A stretch of 10,630 nucleotides of DNA from a virus, in UHGV virus genome UHGV-0281862; one strand, 5' to 3'. The first letter of the stretch is position 1. Each line of letters starts with the position of its first letter. Below are positions 1 to 6,991 of the stretch, one piece after another. A model generated the notes under the pieces. That model saw only the letters and a list, made by a program, of their open reading frames with translations, was not told the DNA's origin and ran no database searches. The position numbers and the translations under genes are program-made.

Positions 1-1
1 A

Positions 2-385
2 TCAGTTGATGAGTCCGTGCGAGTTCGTTCAAACCGACCGGAATACTCTCCGGAGTTTGAGCAGGCATGGCTGGCATATCCCAAACGTGCTGGTGGCAAT
101 TCAAAATCTGCAGCCTTCAAAGCCTGGAAAGCCCGTTTGAATGAGGGGGTAAACCCCGAAACCATGCTGGAAGGTGTGAAACGCTACGCGGGCTGGGTAT
201 CTGCGATGGGTAACAGCGGCACACAATTTGTGAAACAGGCTGTCACGTTCTTTGGTCCGGATCGTCATTTCGAAGAATCCTGGGAAGTTCCTGCGGTATC
301 TGCAGCCAGACGCGAGGACCCGTACTTCAAAGCCAGTTACGACAACGTGGACTACAGCCAGATCCCGGCAGGATTCAGGGGGTGA
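2..385 (+). CDS. phage replication-associated protein, C-terminal part (5' partial; frame is open to the window start)
   Basis: Frame stays open from position 2 to stop TGA at 383-385, so the gene starts upstream of the window. Position directly upstream of nin-like genes (methyltransferase, RusA) fits the end of a lambdoid replication module. The family assignment is recalled resemblance only. Confidence 0.45.
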   Translation, partial: SVDESVRVRSNRPEYSPEFEQAWLAYPKRAGGNSKSAAFKAWKARLNEGVNPETMLEGVKRYAGWVSAMGNSGTQFVKQAVTFFGPDRHFEESWEVPAVSAARREDPYFKASYDNVDYSQIPAGFRG

Positions 386-387
386 GC

Positions 388-876
388 ATGAGTCTTTTGA
401 ATGATGTTCAGAAATTCATTGAAGCCCATCCGGGCTGTACTTCCGGAGACATTGCGGATGCTTTTGCAGGTTACTCACGGCAGCGCGTTCTGCAGTCAGC
501 AAGCAAGTTACGTCAGAGTGGGCGTGTGGCTCACCGTTGTGAAGGAGATACACGCAGACATTTCCCACGCCTGACTGAGAGAGCGCAGGAGCCGGAACCA
601 CAACCAGTTCGTGAAACCAGACCTGTGCGCAATTTCTATGTCGGCACTAACGATCCCCGGGTGATTTTGTGCCTGACCCGCCAGGCGGAAGAACTGGAGT
701 CCAGGGGCTTATACCGTCGTGCTGCAACGGTGTGGATGGCGGCATTCCGTGAAAGCCACTCCCAGCCAGAACGAAACAATTTTCTGGCGCGTCGTGAGCA
801 GTGTTTACGGAAAAGCAGCAAGCGCGCTGCATCGGGTGAAGAGTGGTATCTGTCAGGGAATTACGTGGGGGCTTAA
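388..876 (+). CDS. PerC/ANR-like small regulator (putative)
   Basis: ATG at 388 with AGGGGG 7 nt upstream; stop TAA 874-876 overlaps the next ATG (TAATG). The C-terminal motif LESRGLYRRAATVW resembles the PerC/Pch family of small regulators; the N-terminal part looks like a small helical DNA-binding domain. The ORF track starts it at GTG 382. Confidence 0.45.
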   Translation: MSLLNDVQKFIEAHPGCTSGDIADAFAGYSRQRVLQSASKLRQSGRVAHRCEGDTRRHFPRLTERAQEPEPQPVRETRPVRNFYVGTNDPRVILCLTRQAEELESRGLYRRAATVWMAAFRESHSQPERNNFLARREQCLRKSSKRAASGEEWYLSGNYVGA

Positions 877-1529
877 TGAGTAATAAATATTGCCAGGAGC
901 TGGTGGAACTGCGGAACAAACCAGCCCATGAACTGAAGGAAGTGGGTGATCAGTGGCGCACGCCGGACAACATTTTCTGGGGAATTAACACCCTGTTTGG
1001 CCCGTTTGTTCTGGATCTGTTCACTGACGGTGATAACGCCAAATGTGCTGCGTATTACACGGCGGAAGACAACGCGCTGGCGCATGACTGGTCAGAACGT
1101 CTTGCGGAGCTTAAAGGGGCTGCCTTTGGTAATCCCCCATACAGCCGCGCCAGTCAGCATGAGGGGCAATACATCACCGGCATGCGTTACATCATGAAAC
1201 ATGCCAGTGCCATGCGTGATAAGGGTGGGCGCTATGTTTTCCTGATCAAAGCTGCCACCAGCGAAGTGTGGTGGCCGGAAGATGCGGACCATATTGCTTT
1301 TATTCGCGGGCGTATTGGTTTTGAACTGCCTGCCTGGTTTATCCCGAAGGATGAGAAGCAGGTGCCGACAGGCGCTTTCTTCGCTGGTGCTATTGCTGTT
1401 TTCGATAAGACCTGGAAGGGACCGGCAATCAGCTACATCGGGCGCGATGAACTTGAGGCATGTGGTGAGGCGTTTCTGGCGCAGGTTCGCCAGCAGGCGG
1501 AAAAACTGGTCAGGGAGATGGCGGCATGA
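876..1529 (+). CDS. phage-type DNA N6-adenine methyltransferase (Dam family), orphan
   Basis: 217 aa from ATG 876 (the track's GTG 843 start would overlap the upstream gene). Contains the amino-methyltransferase catalytic motif NPPY (FGNPPYSRA); size is typical of phage Dam proteins. No adjacent restriction endonuclease gene is visible. Confidence 0.75.
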   Translation: MSNKYCQELVELRNKPAHELKEVGDQWRTPDNIFWGINTLFGPFVLDLFTDGDNAKCAAYYTAEDNALAHDWSERLAELKGAAFGNPPYSRASQHEGQYITGMRYIMKHASAMRDKGGRYVFLIKAATSEVWWPEDADHIAFIRGRIGFELPAWFIPKDEKQVPTGAFFAGAIAVFDKTWKGPAISYIGRDELEACGEAFLAQVRQQAEKLVREMAA

Positions 1530-1852
1530 CGACGTTAACTCAATGCCAGCAGCAGGTGCTGGATATGCTGATTTCTTATCAGAAAGAACGTGGCTTCCCG
1601 CCAACCAATCAGGAGGTGGCAATCATGCTGGGATACCGTTCAGTGAATGCAGCGGTGGAGCATCTTCGCGCACTGGAGAAAAAAGGTGTCATCACGATAA
1701 AGCGTGGCGTGGCCCGGGGCATCACGCTTCATACCGCGGTGAAGGACGACGACAGCGAGGCGGTCGGGATTATCCGCTCACTGCTTGCCGGTGAGGAAAA
1801 CGCCAGGCTGCGTGCAACCCACTGGTTACATCAGAGGGGCCTGAAAGTATGA
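1526..1852 (+). CDS. LexA-like N-terminal DNA-binding domain protein (no S24 peptidase domain)
   Basis: 108 aa; start overlaps the methyltransferase stop (ATGA). The segment QQVLDMLISYQKERGFPPTNQEVAIMLGYRSVNAAVEHLRALEKKGVI closely parallels the LexA winged-helix DNA-binding domain. The protein ends before any Ser/Lys protease domain. Confidence 0.7.
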   Translation: MTTLTQCQQQVLDMLISYQKERGFPPTNQEVAIMLGYRSVNAAVEHLRALEKKGVITIKRGVARGITLHTAVKDDDSEAVGIIRSLLAGEENARLRATHWLHQRGLKV

Positions 1853-2238
1853 AGCTGATCCTGCCTTTCCCGCCCAGCGTGAACACGTACTGGCGACACC
1901 CCAACAAAGGGGCGTTTGCAGGTAAGAGCCTGATAAGCGCGGCGGGGCGAAAATTTCAGAGCGCGGCGTGCGCAGCAATAGTTGAACAGTTACGTCGTCT
2001 GCCGAAACCAACGTCGGCACCTGCTTCAGTGGAGATCGTGTTGTTTCCTCCGGATAACAGGATCCGCGATCTGGACAACAATAACAAGGCGCTGTTTGAC
2101 GCCCTGACCCACGCGGGGGTGTGGGAAGACGACAGTCAGGTGAAAAGAATGCTGGTGGAGTGGGGACCGGTTATCCCGGAAGGGAAGGTCGAGATCACTA
2201 TCAGTAAGTACGAGAAACCGGCGGGTGCAGCCGCCTGA
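1849..2238 (+). CDS. rusA: RusA-family Holliday junction resolvase
   Basis: 129 aa; start overlaps the previous stop (ATGA). Carries the conserved acidic catalytic motif (RIRDLDNNNKALFDAL) and the N-terminal PFPPSVNTYW motif typical of RusA; size matches RusA (about 120 aa). Confidence 0.85.
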   Translation: MKLILPFPPSVNTYWRHPNKGAFAGKSLISAAGRKFQSAACAAIVEQLRRLPKPTSAPASVEIVLFPPDNRIRDLDNNNKALFDALTHAGVWEDDSQVKRMLVEWGPVIPEGKVEITISKYEKPAGAAA

Positions 2239-2257
2239 TTAAGAGGAGAAACGAAGT

Positions 2258-3067
2258 ATGAATAATCTGATGGTCATTGATGGTATTGAAGTTCGTCGTG
2301 ATGCTTATGGGCGTTACAGCCTGAACGATCTGCATCGCGCAGCAGTAGCATCTGGTGCAAATGCCAGAACCAAGGAGCCGGGAAAGTTTCTTTCCAGCCA
2401 ACAAACTGTTGAGCTTGTTCATGAATTGACCAACACCCAGAATTTGGGTGTTGACCCGGTGAGTGTGATTCATGGGGGAAATGAACGGGGAACGTATGTC
2501 TGCAAGGAACTGGTGTATGCCTATGCAATGTGGATCAGCCCGTCATTCCATCTGAAGGTGATCCGTACTTTCGATATGGTAACCAGCACACCGGAAAAAT
2601 TATCCGGGCAGGCTGCTGACAAGATGCAGGCTGGCGTGATCCTGCTGGACTTTATGCGCCGGGAATTAAACCTGTCTAACTCATCAGTGCTTGGAGCCTG
2701 TCAGAAACTCCAGGAGGCTGTTGGCTTACCGAATCTGGCACCGCGCTATGCCATTGATGCTCCTGCTGACGCGCCTGATGGCTCAAGCCGCCCCACGCTG
2801 TCACTGAGTGCACTGCTGAAGCAGTATGGTATCCGCCTGACAGCTAATCAGGCATATCACCAGATGGCGAAGCTGGGGATCGTTGAACAACGTGAACGAT
2901 ACAGCCGCACTGCGATTAACAACATCAAAAAATTCTGGTCGCTGACGGCGAAAGGCTGCATGTTCGGCAAGAACATCACCAGTCCCGCAAATCCGCGCGA
3001 GACGCAGCCGCATTTCTTCGAATCCCGGTTCCCTGAGCTGTTAAAGCTGCTCGATACCGTTCATTGA
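2258..3067 (+). CDS. KilA-N domain protein (N-terminal KilA-N DNA-binding domain plus uncharacterised C-terminal domain)
   Basis: Strong RBS AAGAGGAG 8 nt upstream of ATG 2258. The N-terminal roughly 100 aa (MVIDGIEVRRDAYGRYSLNDLHRAA...YVCKELVYAYAMWISPSFHLKVIRTFD) match the KilA-N/APSES-type pattern. Function of the C-terminal half is not recognised. Confidence 0.65.
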   Translation: MNNLMVIDGIEVRRDAYGRYSLNDLHRAAVASGANARTKEPGKFLSSQQTVELVHELTNTQNLGVDPVSVIHGGNERGTYVCKELVYAYAMWISPSFHLKVIRTFDMVTSTPEKLSGQAADKMQAGVILLDFMRRELNLSNSSVLGACQKLQEAVGLPNLAPRYAIDAPADAPDGSSRPTLSLSALLKQYGIRLTANQAYHQMAKLGIVEQRERYSRTAINNIKKFWSLTAKGCMFGKNITSPANPRETQPHFFESRFPELLKLLDTVH

Positions 3068-3068
3068 G

Positions 3069-4064
3069 GTGACCGTGAGAGCGCTACTGACCCCTGAAAT
3101 TGCCCCGCGTATGGGGATCGTATTGTTCAGGCCCGGTTCAGAGCTGATGCCCCTGTTTATGCAGGGGCGTGTCCTGCTGGAGCCTGAGCCGGAACGTTAT
3201 TCATCTTTCGCCAGTGGTGCCGTTCCGGCGGCATCACAACCGCTGGCGGATGATCCTGCCGTTCGGGCCGTGTTCCGCAATGAGGCAGTGATTCGTCGTG
3301 CTGGTGGAGTGGAATGTCTTGAACGCTGGTTACTTCGTGAAAAAGGTTGCCAGTGGCCTCATTCCGACTGGCACAGCGAGAACATGACCACAATGCGACA
3401 CGCTCCGGGCGCAATCCGTCTGTGCTGGCACTGCGATAACCAGCTGCGCGATCAGTTCACGGAACGGCTGGAATCAATGGCAACGGATAACTGTACCCGC
3501 TGGGTGTTGTCTGTTGTGCGTCGGGATCTCGGTTTTGATGACAGTCACGTTGTGACAATGCCGGAACTGTGCTGGTGGCTGATTCGTAATGACCTGGCGG
3601 ATGCCTTACCGGAAAGTGCAGCCCGTAAGGCACTGAGATTACCGAAGCCTGTTGTGCCGTCTGTCACCCGGGAAAGTGACCTTGTGCCTTCGGTTCCTGC
3701 CACCAGCATCATCCAGGATAAAGCGAAAAAGGTGCTGGCGCTGAAAGTGGATCCGGAGTCGCCGGAGTCTTTTATGTTACGCCCAAAACGTCGCCGCTGG
3801 GTTAATGAAAAGTACACGCGCTGGGTTAAGACACAGCCGTGTGCATGTTGTGGAAAGCCCGCTGATGATCCCCACCACCTGATAGGCCACGGTCAGTGTG
3901 GAATGGGTACAAAAGCGCATGACCTTTTTGTGTTGCCTTTGTGCAGAAAGCATCACGACGAGCTGCATGCGGATACCGTGGCATTTGAAGAGAAGTATGG
4001 CTCTCAGCTGGAGCTGATATTTCGTTTTATCGATCGTGCGCTGGCAATTGGCGTACTGGCGTAA
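3069..4064 (+). CDS. DUF968-like prophage protein (YdfU-like) with C-terminal Cys/His HNH-like zinc-finger motif
   Basis: 331-aa ORF directly upstream of the Q-like gene, the position YdfU holds in the K-12 Qin prophage. C-terminal motif CACCGKPADDPHHL...CRKHHDELH resembles an HNH/zinc-binding fold. The start is uncertain (GTG 3069, GTG 3075 or ATG 3111; none has a good RBS). Confidence 0.6.
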   Translation: MTVRALLTPEIAPRMGIVLFRPGSELMPLFMQGRVLLEPEPERYSSFASGAVPAASQPLADDPAVRAVFRNEAVIRRAGGVECLERWLLREKGCQWPHSDWHSENMTTMRHAPGAIRLCWHCDNQLRDQFTERLESMATDNCTRWVLSVVRRDLGFDDSHVVTMPELCWWLIRNDLADALPESAARKALRLPKPVVPSVTRESDLVPSVPATSIIQDKAKKVLALKVDPESPESFMLRPKRRRWVNEKYTRWVKTQPCACCGKPADDPHHLIGHGQCGMGTKAHDLFVLPLCRKHHDELHADTVAFEEKYGSQLELIFRFIDRALAIGVLA

Positions 4065-4077
4065 GTGGAGAACGAGC

Positions 4078-4830
4078 ATGAACCTTGAAGCCTTACCGAA
4101 ATATTACTCCCCGAAATCTCCAAAACTGAGCGATGACGCACCGGCGACAGGCTCTGGTGGTTTAACAATTACGGATGTGATGGCTGCGCAGGGGATGGTG
4201 CAGTCAAAAGCACCGCTTGGGTTTGCTTTATTCCTGGCAAAAGTTGGTGTTCAGGATCCTCAGTTTGCGATTGAAGGTCTGCTCAATTACGCGATGGCAC
4301 TGGATAACCCGACATTGAATAAATTGAGTGAAGAAACCCGGCTACAGATCATTCCTTACCTTGTGAATTTTGCCTTTGCTGATTATTCCAGGTCTGCGGC
4401 AAGTAAGGCTCGCTGTGAGCATTGTGCTGGTACTGGATTTCATAATGTATTGCGCGAGGTGGTGAAACACTCCAGAAGCGGGGAATCTGTTATTAAGGAA
4501 GAGTGGGTGAAGGAACTATGTCAGCATTGTCATGGTAAGGGAGAAGTCAGCACAGCATGCAGAGGGTGCAAGGGTAAAGGTATTGTCCTGGATGAAAAAA
4601 GAACCCGGCTTCATGGCACGCCTGTTTATAAGGTTTGTGGGCGTTGCAATGGAAACCGGTTTAGCCGTTTACCAACCACACTGGCGCGGCTTCATGTCCA
4701 GAAGCTGGTACCAGACCTGACGGATTATCAGTGGTACAAAGGATATGCAGATGTCATTGATAAACTGGTTACAAAGTGCTGGCAGGAAGAAGCATATGCA
4801 GAGATACAATTGAGAAAGGTGACAAGATAA
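4078..4830 (+). CDS. late-gene antitermination protein Q-like (QuuQ/YdfT-like)
   Basis: 250 aa from ATG 4078 (GGAGA 8 nt upstream; the track's 4036 start lies inside the upstream gene). Sits immediately upstream of a promoter plus lambda-like pause element plus intrinsic terminator, the arrangement expected for Q. Has several CxxC pairs (CEHCAGTG, CQHCHGKG, CRGCKGKG, CGRCNG) consistent with a zinc-binding antiterminator. Length matches the K-12 Qin protein. Confidence 0.65.
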   Translation: MNLEALPKYYSPKSPKLSDDAPATGSGGLTITDVMAAQGMVQSKAPLGFALFLAKVGVQDPQFAIEGLLNYAMALDNPTLNKLSEETRLQIIPYLVNFAFADYSRSAASKARCEHCAGTGFHNVLREVVKHSRSGESVIKEEWVKELCQHCHGKGEVSTACRGCKGKGIVLDEKRTRLHGTPVYKVCGRCNGNRFSRLPTTLARLHVQKLVPDLTDYQWYKGYADVIDKLVTKCWQEEAYAEIQLRKVTR

Positions 4831-4861
4831 ATGGTTTTCGCCGAAGATGACGACATGATGC

Positions 4862-4908
4862 TTGCATTTTTCAAAAAATATGGATAAGATTTTCCCAACG
4901 ATGGGCTT
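4862..4908 (+). promoter_or_regulatory. putative late promoter (pR'-like) with promoter-proximal pause/Q-loading element
   Basis: -35 TTGCAT (4862-4867), 17-bp spacer, -10 TAAGAT (4885-4890). Immediately downstream is CCAACGATGGG, which matches my recollection of the lambda pR' initial transcribed region (CAACGATGGG) that induces the sigma70-dependent pause where Q engages RNA polymerase. Confidence 0.45.
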
Positions 4909-4936
4909 TGTATGTCTACCGTTGATAAGATTTAAG

Positions 4937-4961
4937 AACCCGCCGATGCGCGGGTTTTTTT
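4937..4961 (+). terminator. intrinsic terminator (tR'-like), ends a short late-leader transcript
   Basis: AACCCGC-CGATGC-GCGGGTT hairpin followed by a run of seven T; lies about 50-70 nt downstream of the putative pR' start. Confidence 0.6.
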
Positions 4962-5141
4962 GTACCCAGAATCCTGTGAGCTATACGGAAAGTACACAGA
5001 AAGGAAGGTGCGACCACAATTAATAACAAAATCTTAAAAATTGCACATGGCACTATTAGTTTACTAAATATTGTGTATTTTTTGTATTGCAGGATGACCC
5101 TGTAACGAAGTTTGCGTAACAGCATTTTGCTCTACGAGTTT

Positions 5142-5170
5142 GCCAGCCTCCCCCAGTGGCTGGCTTTTTT
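5142..5170 (+). terminator. intrinsic terminator
   Basis: GCCAGCC-tcccccagt-GGCTGGC hairpin followed by TTTTTT. Confidence 0.5.
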
Positions 5171-5172
5171 AT

Positions 5173-5292
5173 GTCTGTAGCGTCAAAGCAGCAATGTCGC
5201 TGGGGCGTCGTGCAATTGGCGTTGAGCTGGAGACTGAACGTTTTGAGCAGACGGTCAGGGAAGTTCAGGATTTAGTCAGTCAGAACGGATGA
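5173..5292 (+). pseudogene. possible C-terminal remnant of a DNA methyltransferase (no start codon or N-terminus)
   Basis: Open frame translating ...VCSVKAAMSLGRRAIGVELETERFEQTVREVQDLVSQNG*, resembling the C-terminal AdoMet-binding region of beta-class methyltransferases (...A..LGRR.IGIE...). It begins right after a terminator with no upstream coding sequence. Low certainty. Confidence 0.3.
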
Positions 5293-5332
5293 TATTGCAG
5301 GATTAGTTACGTACCGTTATTATCCTGCGCCC

Positions 5333-5408
5333 GGCCCTTTAGCTCAGTGGTGAGAGCGAGCGACTCATAATCGCCAGGTCGCTGGTTCAAATCCAGCAAG
5401 GGCCACCA
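5333..5408 (+). tRNA. ileZ: tRNA-Ile2-like, anticodon CAU (Met cannot be excluded from the anticodon alone)
   Basis: 76 nt with a manually folded cloverleaf: acceptor GGCCCTT/AAGGGCC, D-arm GCTC-AGTGGTGA-GAGC, anticodon loop CTCATAA (CAT), T-arm GCTGG-TTCAAAT-CCAGC, 3' ACCA. Closely resembles E. coli ileX-type tRNA. Confidence 0.8.
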
Positions 5409-5417
5409 TATCACATA

Positions 5418-5494
5418 CCGCCATTAGCTCATCGGGATAGAGCGTCAGCCTTCGAAGCTGGCTGTGCGGGGTTCAAGTCCCCGATGGCGGTCCA
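5418..5494 (+). tRNA. argN: tRNA-Arg, anticodon UCG
   Basis: 77 nt: acceptor CCGCCAT/ATGGCGG, D-arm GCTC-ATCGGGATA-GAGC, anticodon loop CTTCGAA (TCG), T-arm CGGGG-TTCAAGT-CCCCG, discriminator T, CCA. The gene symbol follows the ileZ-argN-argO trio of lambdoid/Stx phages; which Arg gene is argN and which is argO is uncertain. Confidence 0.8.
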
Positions 5495-5507
5495 TTATCA
5501 GCATCAT

Positions 5508-5584
5508 GCGTTGTTAGCTCAGCCGGACAGAGCAATTGCCTTCTAAGCAATCGGTCACTGGTTCGAATCCAGTACAACGCGCCA
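5508..5584 (+). tRNA. argO: tRNA-Arg, anticodon UCU
   Basis: 77 nt: acceptor GCGTTGT/ACAACGC, D-arm GCTC-AGCCGGACA-GAGC, anticodon loop CTTCTAA (TCT), T-arm ACTGG-TTCGAAT-CCAGT, discriminator G, CCA. Confidence 0.8.
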
Positions 5585-5599
5585 CACTTATTTTCCCTG

Positions 5600-5623
5600 G
5601 CTCGCTTTTGCGGGCTTTTTTTT
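5600..5623 (+). terminator. intrinsic terminator after the tRNA cluster
   Basis: GCTCGC-TTTT-GCGGGC hairpin (one G-U pair) followed by a run of eight T. Confidence 0.5.
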
Positions 5624-5629
5624 AAATGT

Positions 5630-5844
5630 CTCACAATTCAGGCGGTTGACTGTTGTCTGGTTTGCGGGGAGTTTGTTAAAAGAAACTGGCATGGTGAATC
5701 CCCCTGTGCGGAGGGGCAATCAGCGAGTAGGTATATGGGATAATCGCGGATTCAGGTGCTGGTACTGAATTCACCGGGAGGCACCCGGCACCATGCAATG
5801 GCACATAGCGCCACTCTCCAGCCCCTCTCCGGAGGGGCTTTTCT
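5630..5844 (+). ncRNA. candidate structured noncoding RNA module A (promoter-like box to intrinsic terminator)
   Basis: Begins CTCACAATTCAG-N4-TTGAC. Contains a conserved hairpin GCATGGTGAATCCCCCTGTGCGGAGGGGC, the conserved block CACCGGGAGGCACCCGGCACCATG, and ends in terminator GCCCCTC-TCCG-GAGGGGC-TTTTCT (5821-5844). All blocks recur in module B at 6098-6328 with divergent spacers. No conserved ORF. Confidence 0.35.
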
Positions 5845-6032
5845 GTGCCGGATACATCACAGTTTCTGGAACCTTAGGTACTACAGTATCAGTCAGGGTG
5901 CTATATTTTCAGATGTGATGAAAGCCTGTCAGCAGGCAGGGCGTATCGGAAATGACCCAGTAGAGAAAACGTTGACTCAGATACCGGTGCTGAGTTACCG
6001 GGAAACCGGCATCACATGACCGCTATCCTTCC

Positions 6033-6060
6033 AGGCCCATCCGCTCCGGTGGGCCTTTTT
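6033..6060 (+). terminator. intrinsic terminator between the two modules
   Basis: AGGCCCA-tccgctccgg-TGGGCCT hairpin followed by TTTTT. Confidence 0.5.
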
Positions 6061-6097
6061 ACTGCAGAAAACAGGTTCCCCGTTAAATGCTATGTTG

Positions 6098-6328
6098 CTC
6101 ACAATTCAGTAAGTTGACAGTTGCCTGTCAGACTGGGCATTTGTTAAAAAAATTTCGCATGGTGAATCCCCCTGAGCGGAGGGGCGACTGGTGACGGTAT
6201 AATCTCTGATTATCAAAACGAGAATGACGCGGGTTTAGTGGCACCGGGCTGAACTCACCGGGAGGCACCCGGCACCATGTGCATGATGATACAGATACGC
6301 GGCTTTAGCCCCTCTCCGGAGGGGTTTT
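6098..6328 (+). ncRNA. candidate structured noncoding RNA module B (paralogous to module A)
   Basis: Begins CTCACAATTCAG-N4-TTGACA. Shares TTTGTTAAAA, GCATGGTGAATCCCCCTGAGCGGAGGGGC and CACCGGGAGGCACCCGGCACCATG with module A; contains a perfect TATAAT at 6198-6203; ends in terminator CCCCTC-TCCG-GAGGGG-TTTTCTT (6309-6328). Small ORFs inside differ between copies, so protein coding is unlikely. Confidence 0.35.
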
Positions 6329-6559
6329 CTTGTGGGCAAAAAAAGCCCGCGCTGGGAGACGCGGGCGGCAAGGAATAAACAATAAAACGTGAAGTAATAT
6401 TTCAGCTGGCGAATAATACCCCATAGTAATCACTCTGCGCAACTGCGCGGTCTTTTTCGAATTGCGGGCTGTCGTCTCTCTTCTGCCATTGTCCTGTAAC
6501 TTCCGGACTTCAGCCCGCTCCTTATTTTACTCACAATATTATCCCGGCCGGGAGGATTC

Positions 6560-6787
6560 ATGGCATTTAAACACTATGACGTGGTCAGGGCGGTATCGCC
6601 GTCAGACCTTGCGAAACGACTGACACAAAAACTGAAGGAGGGCTGGCAGCCGTTTGGTAGTCCGGTGGCCATAACCCCTTATACCCTGATGCAGGCGATT
6701 GCAGCAGAAGGTGATGTGGTGGTCAGTGGTGCAACTGAGCCGGATTGGTACTACGTCATCGTACTGGCCCGGCATTCCAGGCCATAA
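6560..6787 (+). CDS. DUF1737-like small protein (stand-alone; possibly the N-terminal remnant of a NanS-p/YjhS-type esterase gene)
   Basis: 75 aa; RBS GGGAGG 5 nt upstream of ATG 6560. The protein resembles the N-terminal domain found on prophage 9-O-acetylesterases, which sit just upstream of the lysis genes in Stx and related phages. No esterase domain follows. Confidence 0.55.
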   Translation: MAFKHYDVVRAVSPSDLAKRLTQKLKEGWQPFGSPVAITPYTLMQAIAAEGDVVVSGATEPDWYYVIVLARHSRP

Positions 6788-6991
6788 AAGACAGTCTGGC
6801 AGTGGGACTAAATGCACTGACGCTGATGGATATTACCAAAAATGTAACGTATGGCGTTGAGATAGAAAGTCTGGCGCTGGAGATAAATGCACCGGCATCA
6901 TCATAAAAAGTGAGCCAGTCAAATGGAAGGTATCGTTAAACTCACCGGTAGTGTCAGTGGGTCGTCTGAGACGCTTGCATGAGTTATCAGA

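Noticed and set aside
416-4079. Many minus-strand and alternate-frame ORFs in the early region (416-601, 636-821, 647-919, 873-1085, 946-1197, 1092-1622, 1282-1794, 1826-2020, 2201-2473, 2274-2528, 2801-3013, 3157-3414, 3545-3817, 3777-4079)
   Set aside because: Each lies entirely inside or antisense to a + strand gene with recognisable protein features and tight start/stop coupling. None has a convincing RBS or recognisable domain; several are Arg/Pro/Ser-rich, typical of GC-rich shadow frames.
4532-4720. 62-aa + strand ORF inside the Q-like gene
   Set aside because: Alternate frame fully nested in the Q-like CDS; no RBS.
4916-5125. 69-aa minus-strand ORF across the late leader
   Set aside because: Runs through the tR'-like terminator hairpin and an AT-rich spacer; low-complexity hydrophobic translation; no RBS.
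5756-6019. 87-aa + strand ORF spanning module A and the inter-module spacer
   Set aside because: Reads straight through the GC-rich terminator at 5821-5844; the equivalent ORF in module B is different and much shorter, so the sequence is not conserved as protein.
5630-6328. Possibility that the repeated modules are a CRISPR array
   Set aside because: Only two copies, each about 220 bp with several internal conserved blocks; no short uniform repeat-spacer periodicity and no cas genes.
5590-6560. Shiga toxin or other toxin cargo downstream of the tRNA trio
   Set aside because: No ORF of suitable size with a signal peptide is present; the slot contains only noncoding modules and terminators.
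6602-6817. 71-aa minus-strand ORF antisense to the DUF1737-like gene
   Set aside because: Fully overlapped by the + strand gene, which has a strong RBS; no independent support.
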